The notes under the pieces are model-generated. The model saw only the letters and a program-made list of their open reading frames with translations. It searched no databases and was not told where the DNA came from. A DNA stretch of 64,000 bases from an uncultured Rhodospirillaceae bacterium. Lineage in GTDB: Bacteria; Pseudomonadota; Alphaproteobacteria; Rhodospirillales; Casp-alpha2. Position 1 is the stretch's first letter, and the number at the start of each line of letters is the position of its first letter. Made by a program: the position numbers and the translations under genes. Location: positions 133 through 64,132 of the forward strand of contig CAXAVJ010000006.1 in NCBI GenBank assembly GCA_963972065.1, in the 5' to 3' direction. Below, one piece after another: positions 27,341 to 36,466 of the stretch.

Positions 27341-28690
27341 TCACACTGCCTGGGAATGACGGGCCTGGGGGACCGTCCCCGGGGCCGGCAGATAGGCATC
27401 GAAGACCGCCGCCACCGCCCGCATCAGGGGCCGCGCGTCTTCGGGAACGGTGACCACCGCACCGTCGACACGCACCAATCCGTCCGCCGCCATATCACGC
27501 AGGCGGACCAGTTCGGCGGCGAACGAGGCAGCGCCGCCGAAACGGTCGAGATCAACCGTCATATCGCACATCAGGCGTTCGATGACCGCCCGGCGGCGGT
27601 GGTCGTCGGCGTCGATGGTGATGCCTCTCACCGTTGCCAACTGCCCGGCGGCGATGCGCCGGCGGTAGGTCCCTGTGTCCGGCGCGTTCTGGAAATAGCC
27701 GCCCGGAAGCTCACCGATGGCCGAGGCGCCCAGCCCCAACAGAACATTGGCCGTATCAGTGGTATAGCCCTGAAAATTGCGGCGCAAGCGGCCGGCGTCG
27801 AGGGCCTGGCACAGGCTGTCGTCCGGCAGTGCGAAATGATCAAGGCCGACCCGCCGGTAGCCGTTGCGCACCAGACGCAGAGCGGCGGCGGCGGCCTGAT
27901 CGAACCGACCTTGCGCATCGGCCCGGGGCAGCCCGTCCAGCAGGCGTTGGTGGCTTTTCATCCAGGGCACATGGGCATAGCCGAACAAGGCGATACGCTG
28001 GGCTTGCAGTTCCGCCGAGCGGTCAACGGTGCGCAGCACGTGATCGACGGTTTGCAGGGGCAGGCCGTACATGAGGTCAAGGTTGATGCGGTCGATGCCG
28101 GCCGCGCGCAAAAGATCGACGGCGCGGCGCACGACCGCGAACGGCTGCTCCCGGTTGATCGCCCGCTGGACCCGTTCGTTCAGGTCCTGGACCCCGATGC
28201 TGACACGGGTCACGCCCGCCGCCGCCATGGCTTCAGCCATGTCATGGGTCAGCAGGCGGGGATCGATCTCGACCGCCGTCTCGGTCTGCGGGCCGAAGCG
28301 AAAGGCGGCCTGCAGATGGTCCATCACGGCGCGAAAGTCTCCCGCGCCCAGGATATTGGGTGTGCCGCCACCGAAATGAACATGCGATACGGCGGGCGGA
28401 TTGCCCAAAGCCGCCGCGACCAGATCGATTTCCGCCCTAAGGTCATCAACATAGGCGGCGATGGGGGCGTATCGGCGGGTGATCTTGGTGGTGCAGCCGC
28501 AATAGGTGCAGAGTTCGCGGCAATAGGGGATGTGAAGGTAGATCGACACGGGGCCGTCGGCGGGCGTCAGCCCGGCGAGACCGTCCGCATAATCCGCGGG
28601 ACCGATGCCGTCCCGGAAATGCGGCGCGGTCGGATAACTGGTATAGCGCGGCACGGGTCCGCCGTAAGTGTCGAGCAAATGCGGCCCCAT
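27341..28690 (-). CDS. hemN: Oxygen-independent coproporphyrinogen III oxidase (radical SAM)
   Basis: PRYTSYPTA, CRELCTYC (CxxxCxxC), HFGGGTP, DLMYGLP, RNFQGYT. Confidence 0.93.
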   Translation of the reverse strand: MGPHLLDTYGGPVPRYTSYPTAPHFRDGIGPADYADGLAGLTPADGPVSIYLHIPYCRELCTYCGCTTKITRRYAPIAAYVDDLRAEIDLVAAALGNPPAVSHVHFGGGTPNILGAGDFRAVMDHLQAAFRFGPQTETAVEIDPRLLTHDMAEAMAAAGVTRVSIGVQDLNERVQRAINREQPFAVVRRAVDLLRAAGIDRINLDLMYGLPLQTVDHVLRTVDRSAELQAQRIALFGYAHVPWMKSHQRLLDGLPRADAQGRFDQAAAAALRLVRNGYRRVGLDHFALPDDSLCQALDAGRLRRNFQGYTTDTANVLLGLGASAIGELPGGYFQNAPDTGTYRRRIAAGQLATVRGITIDADDHRRRAVIERLMCDMTVDLDRFGGAASFAAELVRLRDMAADGLVRVDGAVVTVPEDARPLMRAVAAVFDAYLPAPGTVPQARHSQAV

Positions 28691-28753
28691 AGCCCCGGTC
28701 CCTTCGCATGGTCATTGGCACCGGGATTTAAGGGCGGCGGCGGGGCCCCTGCA

Positions 28754-28767
28754 TTGACATGGGTCAA
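28754..28767. promoter_or_regulatory. FNR/FnrL-type box upstream of hemN
   Basis: Perfect palindrome TTGAC-ATGG-GTCAA, 64-77 bp upstream of the hemN start; consensus is TTGAT-N4-ATCAA. Confidence 0.7.
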
Positions 28768-28786
28768 GAGTGCCCGCGACGAAGGA

Positions 28787-29608
28787 TCAGCGGACCGCGT
28801 TGACCCGCCAGTCATAGGCATGGCCGTCGATTTCCGTGCGCCCGGCCAGACGCGCCTTCAGGTCCGGCCCGGCGTATTGCGCCAGATGCGCCAGCACACC
28901 CGCCTCCGCGCCGCCGAAATCATCGATGAACCAGTCGTAGATCTTGGACACGATTAGCCTGCCGTCGCCGTCGATGCGCGCGCCGCGCGGGCTGTTGACG
29001 TAGGTTTCCGCCGCCACGGTCAGCATGCGGTCCACGGTGTCGCCCGTGAAGGGCCGGGGCGCCAGATCGGGACAGCCAATGGACGCGCAATTGACCGCGT
29101 AGTGGATGCGGGGGTCCTGCCAGATCGGGCGCAGGATGCGGTGTTCGATATCGTCGAGGGCGATCTTCTCGCCCGCTACCACGGTCAGTTTCTTGCCCCA
29201 GGGGCCGTCGGAAAACAGGCCCGGCGAGATGTCGATGTCGCGGATCGAGGTGACCGGCCAATGGTCGAGCACCACCTTCACCGTAAGGGCGTTATAGAGG
29301 TTGATCCAGAACGCCATTTGTTCCTCCCGGTTCAGGCCGGAGACCGCGACCGTCCCCATCTCCGCGACATAGGCCGCGAGGTCCGCATGGTCGGCCGCCG
29401 TGACGCGGGCGTAGTCGACCCGATTGCCCCCCCGAGGCTCGATGCGCAGGTAATGGGCGAGGAAACGGCCCCAGGTGCTATGATCGACACGTGCCGTCGA
29501 TGCCGGGTCGTGGGCCTGCCAGCGGTCCCATAATTCAGCCTTGGGCCCGCCAGCCAACGCGGGCGTGGCAAGCACGGCGACAAGCAAAAAGACGGCGGCG
29601 CGGATCAT
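28787..29608 (-). CDS. DUF547 domain secreted protein
   Basis: Signal peptide from ATG 29608; AFWINLYNA, LDDIEHRILR, DPRIHYAVNCASIGCP. Confidence 0.85.
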   Translation of the reverse strand: MIRAAVFLLVAVLATPALAGGPKAELWDRWQAHDPASTARVDHSTWGRFLAHYLRIEPRGGNRVDYARVTAADHADLAAYVAEMGTVAVSGLNREEQMAFWINLYNALTVKVVLDHWPVTSIRDIDISPGLFSDGPWGKKLTVVAGEKIALDDIEHRILRPIWQDPRIHYAVNCASIGCPDLAPRPFTGDTVDRMLTVAAETYVNSPRGARIDGDGRLIVSKIYDWFIDDFGGAEAGVLAHLAQYAGPDLKARLAGRTEIDGHAYDWRVNAVR

Positions 29609-29661
29609 CGGCAAGGTCCTGAACAGCAGGGAATCATCGGCAAGGTCCTGAACAGCAGGGA
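29604..29661. repeat. Perfect 29-bp tandem duplication
   Basis: ATCATCGGCAAGGTCCTGAACAGCAGGGA at 29604-29632 and 29633-29661. Confidence 0.95.
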
Positions 29662-29770
29662 ACGGCATCGGCGTCATAGATAGGATAATCAGCATGCAAG
29701 CGCCCTACACAGCCGTTCACATCCCCGTCACCGGCCCGCGGATGCACGGTCACGGGACGGAAATCGCCCT

Positions 29771-29786
29771 TTAACGCCGGTTTAAC
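29771..29786 (+). promoter_or_regulatory. Consensus CtrA box
   Basis: TTAA-CGCCGGT-TTAAC equals TTAA-N7-TTAAC, in the divergent DUF547/DAHP synthase intergenic region. Confidence 0.55.
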
Positions 29787-29870
29787 TGGAAATCCGCGAC
29801 GATGCCCCTTATATCGGGTCGTTAAATACCCTGGGAAAACGAACATCTTAAGCCTTTGAAGAGGTGCCTT

Positions 29871-31253
29871 ATGGCGATCAAATGGACGCCCGACTCCTGG
29901 CGTGGCAAGCCGATCCTTCAGGTTCCGGAATATCCGGACGCGAAGGCCCTGGAATCCGTGGAAGCGCAGATGAAGCGCCGCCCGCCGCTGGTTTTTGCCG
30001 GCGAGGCGCGCTCGCTGAAGAAATCCCTGGCCCAAGTGGCCGAGGGCGAAGCCTTTCTGCTGCAGGGCGGTGATTGCGCCGAAAGCTTCGCCGAGTTCCA
30101 CCCGGACAACATCCGCGACACCTTCCGCGTGCTGCTGCAGATGGCGGTCGTGCTGACCTTCGGCGCGGCCCTGCCGGTGATCAAGGTCGGCCGCATGGCC
30201 GGGCAGTTCGCCAAGCCGCGCTCGGCCCCCACGGAAGTCATCGACGGCGTGGAACTGCCGTCCTACCGGGGCGACATGGTCAACGGCATGGAGTTCACAC
30301 CGGAATCCCGCATTCCCGATCCAGAGCGCCTGATGCAGGTCTACAACCAGTCCGCATCGACCCTGAACCTGCTGCGCGCCTTCGCCCAGGGCGGCTATGC
30401 CGACCTGCACAAGGTCCATCAGTGGAACCTGGGCTTCGTCGCGGACTCGGCCGAAGGCGAAAAGTACGCCGACATGGCCGACCGCCTGGACGAAACGCTC
30501 GGCTTCATGGCCGCCTGCGGCCTGACGTCCGAGACCACGCCGCAGATCCGCGAAACGGATTTCTACACGTCCCACGAGGCGCTTTTGCTGTGGTACGAAC
30601 AGGCCCTGACGCGCATCGACAGCACCACGGGCGATTGGTACGACACATCGGCCCATATGCTGTGGATCGGCGACCGCACCCGCGATCCCGACGGCGCCCA
30701 TGTGGAATTCATGCGCGGCATCAACAACCCGATCGCCTTCAAGGCCGGCCCGTCCCTCGACCCGGACGAAATGATCCGCCTGATCGACCTGCTGAACCCG
30801 AAGAACGAGCCCGGGCGCATCACCATCATCGCCCGCATGGGTTCCGACAAGATCGCCCAGGGCCTGCCGCCCCTGGTGCGCAAGGTGAAATCCGAGGGCC
30901 GCAAGGTCGTGTGGGTCACCGACCCCATGCACGGCAACGTCATCAAGGCGTCCAGCGGCTACAAGACCCGGCCGTTCGACCGCATCCTGTCGGAAGTGCG
31001 CGACTTCTTCGCCGTGCATCAGGCCGAAGGCACCCATGCCGGCGGCGTGCACCTGGAAATGACCGGCCAGGACGTGACCGAATGCACGGGCGGGGCGCAG
31101 GCGATCACCGACACGGATCTCAGCGACCGTTACCACACCCATTGCGATCCCCGGCTGAACGCCCGTCAGGCGCTGGAACTGGCGTTCCTGGTGGCGGAAA
31201 TGCTGAAGGACGCACGCACGCCGAAACTGAAACAGGCCGCCCTGCCGTCATAA
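29871..31253 (+). CDS. Class II 3-deoxy-7-phosphoheptulonate (DAHP) synthase
   Basis: [40 protein letters not shown]; RBS GAGGTG. Confidence 0.95.
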   Translation: MAIKWTPDSWRGKPILQVPEYPDAKALESVEAQMKRRPPLVFAGEARSLKKSLAQVAEGEAFLLQGGDCAESFAEFHPDNIRDTFRVLLQMAVVLTFGAALPVIKVGRMAGQFAKPRSAPTEVIDGVELPSYRGDMVNGMEFTPESRIPDPERLMQVYNQSASTLNLLRAFAQGGYADLHKVHQWNLGFVADSAEGEKYADMADRLDETLGFMAACGLTSETTPQIRETDFYTSHEALLLWYEQALTRIDSTTGDWYDTSAHMLWIGDRTRDPDGAHVEFMRGINNPIAFKAGPSLDPDEMIRLIDLLNPKNEPGRITIIARMGSDKIAQGLPPLVRKVKSEGRKVVWVTDPMHGNVIKASSGYKTRPFDRILSEVRDFFAVHQAEGTHAGGVHLEMTGQDVTECTGGAQAITDTDLSDRYHTHCDPRLNARQALELAFLVAEMLKDARTPKLKQAALPS

Positions 31254-31289
31254 GCAGGCCCGGCCGGCGGCGCGGTGGGGAGACGTTCC

Positions 31290-32465
31290 ATGGACAGCCC
31301 GCCCGACGATAGGGATTCGCCGGCCGATGCGGCCGCCCGGTTCGAGGACCAGATCACCCGCTGGGCCGACCACTATTTCCTGCGCACCAAGGAAACCGTG
31401 CGCCGCTTTGGCGACACCCAGGTCACCTATGCGCTGTTCATGCGCCGGCCCGTGGTGTTCGCGCCGCGCATCGCGCTGGACTGGCTAACGCAAGCCGCCC
31501 GCGCCCGGTCGACCGATTTCAAGGTCGAGCCCAATTTCACCGAGGGCCAATGGGTCGGCGCCGGCGAACCCCTGATGTATGTGACCGGTTCGCTTGAACA
31601 TCTGGTCGATCTGGAAACCCTGCTGTTGCAGAAACTGGGGGCCTGCTGCGTCGCCGCCAACAACGCCTACGTCATGTGCGCGACCCTGCCCAAGGTCGCC
31701 TTCATGGCCATGGACGCGCGCCATTGCGCCGGCACGGAAATGGCCGACCAGATGGCCTATGCATGCTCCGTCGGATCGCAGGCCGCGCGGGAACAGGCGG
31801 GGGCCAAGGGCTTCATCGGCAACGCGACCAAGGCCACCGCCCATCACTTCGGCAACGCGGACGGCATGGGCACCATGCCCCACGCCATGATCGGCTATGC
31901 GGGATCGACGCTGCGGGCGGCGGAAATGTACGCGGAGACCTTTCCGGGTGAGCCGATGACCGTGCTGGCCGACTATTTCGGGGCCGAGATTACGGACGCG
32001 CTGGCCGTCTGCGCCCGCTTTCCGGACCTCGTCTCAAACGGCAAGCTGGCGTTCCGCCTCGACACCCACGGCGGGCGCTACATGGAAGGGCTCGACCCCC
32101 AGGAAAGCTATGCCGTGCTGGAACGCCACGTGCCCTTGGCCGTGCGCCGCTACCGCAACGAAAAGGAACTGCGCTATCTGACCGGCACAGGCGTGTCGGC
32201 GGCCGCCATCTTCCTGTTCCGCGAACGGCTCGACGCCGCCGGATATGACAAGGTGAAGATCGTCTGTTCATCGGGCTTCGATGTGGAGAAATGCAAGGTC
32301 ATGGCCGACGTCGAGGCCCCCATCGACGTGGTCGGCACGGGATCGTACCTGCCGTCGAACTGGAGCGAAACCTACGCCACCGCCGACATCATCGCCTATG
32401 ACGGCAAGCCGCGCGTGAAATTGGGCCGGGAGTTCCTTCTCCAGCGCCCCGGAAAGGACAAGTAA
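31290..32465 (+). CDS. Divergent nicotinate phosphoribosyltransferase (PncB-like)
   Basis: GTMPH, FRLDT, SSGFD, VGTGS motifs of type II PRTases; adjacent to nadE. Confidence 0.75.
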   Translation: MDSPPDDRDSPADAAARFEDQITRWADHYFLRTKETVRRFGDTQVTYALFMRRPVVFAPRIALDWLTQAARARSTDFKVEPNFTEGQWVGAGEPLMYVTGSLEHLVDLETLLLQKLGACCVAANNAYVMCATLPKVAFMAMDARHCAGTEMADQMAYACSVGSQAAREQAGAKGFIGNATKATAHHFGNADGMGTMPHAMIGYAGSTLRAAEMYAETFPGEPMTVLADYFGAEITDALAVCARFPDLVSNGKLAFRLDTHGGRYMEGLDPQESYAVLERHVPLAVRRYRNEKELRYLTGTGVSAAAIFLFRERLDAAGYDKVKIVCSSGFDVEKCKVMADVEAPIDVVGTGSYLPSNWSETYATADIIAYDGKPRVKLGREFLLQRPGKDK

Positions 32466-32492
32466 CCGGCCTGATATCGCGCCGGTTTCGTT
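32464..32492 (+). terminator. Possible intrinsic terminator after the PRTase
   Basis: AACCGGC-N10-GCCGGTT followed by TCGTT. Confidence 0.4.
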
Positions 32493-32519
32493 GACAGGGG
32501 AAGGGTCCGTGCCTACCCT
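32491..32519 (+). promoter_or_regulatory. RpoD-type promoter for nadE-cysS
   Basis: TTGACA-N17-TACCCT about 40 bp upstream of the nadE ATG. Confidence 0.55.
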
Positions 32520-32558
32520 GCCGCCGCCTGACCGACCCCTTCTGACCCCTTGGATTCC

Positions 32559-34220
32559 ATGACCGAAACCCTGGCCATCGCCATTGCCCAGATCAACCCG
32601 ACCGTCGGCGACGTCGCGGGCAACCTTGCGCTTGTCCGGGATGCCCGGGCCGAGGCCGCCAAGCTGGGCGCCGATCTGGTGGTCACGGGGGAATTGGCGC
32701 TGTGCGGTTATCCGCCGGAAGACCTGGTTCTCAAGCGCTCGTTCCAAGATCGCATCGAAGACGCCGTGAAGACGCTGGCCGCCGAAACCGATGACGGCGG
32801 CCCGGCCGTGCTGACCGGCGCTCCCTGGCGCGACGGCGGCAAGCTGTACAACGCGGCCCTGCTGCTTGATGGCGGTGAGGTTCAGGTCGTGCGGCTCAAG
32901 CACGAATTGCCCAATTACGGGGTGTTCGACGAAAAGCGCCTGTTCCAGCAAGGCCCCCTGCCCGGCCCGGTGCCGTTCCGGGGGGCGCGGCTGGGTGTCA
33001 TGGTCTGCGAGGACATGTGGTTCGAGGACGTGACCGAATGCCTGGACGAGAGCGGGGCCGAGATGCTGATCGTCCTCAACGGATCGCCCTATGACGTGGA
33101 GAAGGGCGACCAGCGCCTGAGCTATGCGGTCAGCCGCGTGAAGGAATCGGGCCTGCCGCTGCTCTACGCCAATCTGGTCGGCGGGCAGGACGAACTGGTG
33201 TTCGACGGCGGCTCCTTCGTGTTGGATGCGGATTGCGCCCTGACCGCCAAGATGCCCTGCTGGCAGAGTGCGGTGACCCTGACCACCTGGACCCGCGACG
33301 GCGAGGCCTTCCGGCCCGAGCCGGCGGAGATCGTCCCCGCCCCCGACGACACGGAATCCATCTACCGCGCCATGGTGCTGGGGCTGCGCGATTACGTGAA
33401 CAAGAACGGCTTTCCCGGCGTGGTCCTGGGCCTATCGGGCGGGGTCGACAGTGCCCTTTCCGCCGCCGTCGCCGTGGATGCGCTGGGCGCCGACCGGGTC
33501 CTGACGGTGATGATGCCCTCGCCCTATACCTCCGCCGACAGCCTGGAGGACGCCACCGAGGCGGCGACCCTCATGGGCACCCGGCTGGAAAGCGTGCCGA
33601 TCCAACCCGCCATGGACGCCTTCGACGCCATGCTGGCCCCCCTGTTCGAAGGCCGCGACCGCGACATCACGGAAGAAAACATCCAGGCCCGCACGCGGGG
33701 CCTGCTGCTGATGGCGCTTTCCAACAAGTTCGGCCATATGCTGTTGACCACGGGCAACAAGTCGGAAATGTCGGTCGGCTACGCCACCATCTACGGTGAT
33801 ATGAACGGCGGCTATTCGGTGCTGAAGGACGTCTACAAGACGACCGTGTTCAAGCTCTGCCATTGGCGCAACCAACATTGCCCGGATGACTTCCTAGGGC
33901 CGAAGGGCCGCGCCATCCCCGAGCGCACCATTACCAAGCCGCCCAGTGCCGAACTGCGCCCCGACCAGACGGATCAGGACTCACTCCCGCCCTATGAAGA
34001 CCTGGACGCCATCCTGATGTGCCTGGTGGAGAAGGAAATGGGCTTCGACGCCACCGTGGCGGAAGGCTTCGACGCCGACGTGGTGCGCCGCATCTGGGTC
34101 TTGCTCGACCGTGCCGAATACAAACGCCGTCAGGCCCCGCCGGGGGTCAAGATCACCGGCCGCGCCTTCGGCCGCGACCGCCGCTATCCCATCACCAACG
34201 GATTTACAAAGCAGTTCTGA
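32559..34220 (+). CDS. nadE: Glutamine-dependent NAD+ synthetase
   Basis: Nitrilase-fold E-K-C ([22 protein letters not shown]) fused to [28 protein letters not shown]. Confidence 0.95.
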   Translation: MTETLAIAIAQINPTVGDVAGNLALVRDARAEAAKLGADLVVTGELALCGYPPEDLVLKRSFQDRIEDAVKTLAAETDDGGPAVLTGAPWRDGGKLYNAALLLDGGEVQVVRLKHELPNYGVFDEKRLFQQGPLPGPVPFRGARLGVMVCEDMWFEDVTECLDESGAEMLIVLNGSPYDVEKGDQRLSYAVSRVKESGLPLLYANLVGGQDELVFDGGSFVLDADCALTAKMPCWQSAVTLTTWTRDGEAFRPEPAEIVPAPDDTESIYRAMVLGLRDYVNKNGFPGVVLGLSGGVDSALSAAVAVDALGADRVLTVMMPSPYTSADSLEDATEAATLMGTRLESVPIQPAMDAFDAMLAPLFEGRDRDITEENIQARTRGLLLMALSNKFGHMLLTTGNKSEMSVGYATIYGDMNGGYSVLKDVYKTTVFKLCHWRNQHCPDDFLGPKGRAIPERTITKPPSAELRPDQTDQDSLPPYEDLDAILMCLVEKEMGFDATVAEGFDADVVRRIWVLLDRAEYKRRQAPPGVKITGRAFGRDRRYPITNGFTKQF

Positions 34221-35659
34221 TGACCCTTCGCCTGCACAACACGCTGACCCGGGACAAGGTCGATTTCAAACCGATCGACGACAAAAACGTGCGCATGTAC
34301 GTCTGCGGCCCCACGGTCTACGACTTCGCCCATATCGGCAACGCCCGGCCCGTTGTCGTGTTCGACGTCCTGTACCGGCTGCTGAAGCGGCTTTATCCCG
34401 CCCCTGCGCACAAGGTCACCTATGTGCGCAACATCACCGACGTGGACGACAAGATCAACGCCCGCGCCCAGGAATCCGGCCGCGCCATCGAAGACATCAC
34501 CAAGGAAACGGCGGCCCAATTCCATGCCGACATGGCGGCCTTGGGCACTCTGCCCCTGCCCCGCAAGTACGAGCCCCGCGCCACCGACCATATCCCCGAA
34601 ATGATCGCCATGATCGAAACCCTGATCGAAAAGGGTTTCGCCTACGAGGCCGAAGGCCATGTGCTATTCAGCGTCTCGACCATGGACGACTACGGACAGT
34701 TGTCGCGGCGCGACCGGGACGAGCTGATCGCGGGGGCGCGGGTCGAGATCGCACCCTACAAGAAAGATGCAGCGGATTTCGTCCTGTGGAAGCCGTCGCC
34801 GATTGCCGACGGCCTGCCCGGCTGGGACAGCCCCTGGGGCCGCGGGCGGCCCGGCTGGCATATCGAATGCTCGGCCATGTCGGCCAAGATTCTGGGCCCG
34901 ACCTTCGACATCCACGGCGGCGGCCAGGACCTGATCTTCCCCCACCACGAAAACGAAATCGCGCAAAGCCGCTGCGCCCACGGCACGCCGGTAATGGCCA
35001 GCGTGTGGATGCACAACGGCTATCTGATGGCCGAGGGCGAGAAGATGTCCAAATCGCTCGGCAACTTCTACACGGTCCACGACCTATTGCAGGAATTCCC
35101 CGGCGAGGCCATCCGCCTGACGTTGTTGAAGACCCATTACCGCCAGCCCCTGGATTTCACCAAGGACGGCATCCGCGAGGCCAAGGCGGAACTGGATAGA
35201 TTCTACAGAGCGTTGCAAATTCAGGCCGAAGCAGCGTCACGCATCCCAGATTTCTCGATGCAATGTGAGAAACAAGATCACGTCGATCCAAGTTTTCTCG
35301 ACATTCTGTCCGACGACTTAAACACCCCAAACGCCATCGCTCATTTGCACGCAATCGCAGGCTGCGCATTTGATGATGCCGGTAACGATGAGGGGCGGGT
35401 TATGAGTTATTTTGAACTCAAACAGTCAGCTGAACTTTTGGGTTTACTGCAACAAGACCCGGAAGACTGGTTCAAGTGGCAGCCGCCGGCCAAGGCGGGC
35501 GGGCTTGCCGATGCCGAGATCGACGCCTTGATCGCGGAGCGCGTCGCCGCCCGCCAGGCCAAGGATTTTGCCCGCGCCGACGAAATTCGCGGCATCCTGA
35601 CCGCCGAAGGCATCGCGGTCGAGGACAGCGCCCAGGGTGCGACCTGGCGCAGGATTTGA
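34220..35659 (+). CDS. cysS: Cysteine--tRNA ligase
   Basis: [28 protein letters not shown]; TGATG overlap with nadE. Confidence 0.96.
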   Translation: MTLRLHNTLTRDKVDFKPIDDKNVRMYVCGPTVYDFAHIGNARPVVVFDVLYRLLKRLYPAPAHKVTYVRNITDVDDKINARAQESGRAIEDITKETAAQFHADMAALGTLPLPRKYEPRATDHIPEMIAMIETLIEKGFAYEAEGHVLFSVSTMDDYGQLSRRDRDELIAGARVEIAPYKKDAADFVLWKPSPIADGLPGWDSPWGRGRPGWHIECSAMSAKILGPTFDIHGGGQDLIFPHHENEIAQSRCAHGTPVMASVWMHNGYLMAEGEKMSKSLGNFYTVHDLLQEFPGEAIRLTLLKTHYRQPLDFTKDGIREAKAELDRFYRALQIQAEAASRIPDFSMQCEKQDHVDPSFLDILSDDLNTPNAIAHLHAIAGCAFDDAGNDEGRVMSYFELKQSAELLGLLQQDPEDWFKWQPPAKAGGLADAEIDALIAERVAARQAKDFARADEIRGILTAEGIAVEDSAQGATWRRI

Positions 35660-35663
35660 TGAA

Positions 35664-36287
35664 TTAACCCCCGAAGGCGCGGAAGCGCCGGCGGATTTCC
35701 TGTTCCGAGGCATCGCGCGGCGGCTCACGCATGGCGGCGGCCTCCGCCTTGCTGCGCTTGATCCCGGACCATGCCTCGGCGGAATGCGGCAGGGGTGCAT
35801 TGTCCATCGCCAGATGCGCCGCGTACTTATGGAACAGACCGGCGCAACGCTGGTAGGCCATGACCTCCAATTCGTCGTAGCGCAGCTTCAGCCCCGCCGG
35901 CAGATCGAACCAGTCAACATCAATGATCGCCCCTTCGTCCACGCGCCGCTCCATGACATGCAGGGTCGCGCCGAATCGGGTCGCGCCGTCGTAAAGGGCG
36001 AAGCCCGCTGCCCAGCTTCCAGGATAGGTCGGCGGGCCGGGATGAAAATTGTAGGCCGGGCCCGGCAAGGCAGCAAGAACGTCAGGCGGTACCACGACGC
36101 CGGTGCAGAAGGCGATCAGCCGCCGGCCCGCGTTGGCGGTGGCCCCGCCCGCCAGATCGAGAGCAGCACGCAGGGAACCCGCGCCGTCAACGTGATTGAC
36201 GTGAACGGTCGGGTTGTGCGCCATCAGAACAGCCGCCAGACGGGGGCCCTCGACGTTGCCGGTGAGCAGGATGATCTCGTGCGGCAT
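35664..36287 (-). CDS. Stand-alone formyltransferase-family protein
   Basis: YNFHPGPPTYPG, GATLHVM...VDEGAII (N-H...D catalytic pattern). Confidence 0.78.
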   Translation of the reverse strand: MPHEIILLTGNVEGPRLAAVLMAHNPTVHVNHVDGAGSLRAALDLAGGATANAGRRLIAFCTGVVVPPDVLAALPGPAYNFHPGPPTYPGSWAAGFALYDGATRFGATLHVMERRVDEGAIIDVDWFDLPAGLKLRYDELEVMAYQRCAGLFHKYAAHLAMDNAPLPHSAEAWSGIKRSKAEAAAMREPPRDASEQEIRRRFRAFGG

Positions 36288-36354
36288 GGCCGAACGCTAG
36301 CACGCCACTCGCCATGCGGCGAGCCCACTAAAACAATGTAACCTTTTGGCTAGC

Positions 36355-36385
36355 TTGACGGTTTCGCCCTTTCACCCGCTATAAT
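36355..36385 (+). promoter_or_regulatory. Possible RpoD promoter for the HisKA-PAS-GGDEF-EAL gene
   Basis: TTGACG-N19-TATAAT; the spacer is long. Confidence 0.4.
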
Positions 36386-36466
36386 GCGGAACAGGGTGAA
36401 AAAATCCCCCGAACCTGCGGAAAACGGCCATCGACGATGGCCAGGGGGCAAACACAAGCTGGTTCA

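Noticed and set aside
36328-36343. CtrA-like CTAA...TAAC upstream of the HisKA-GGDEF-EAL gene
   Set aside because: Half-site spacing is one base short of the consensus.
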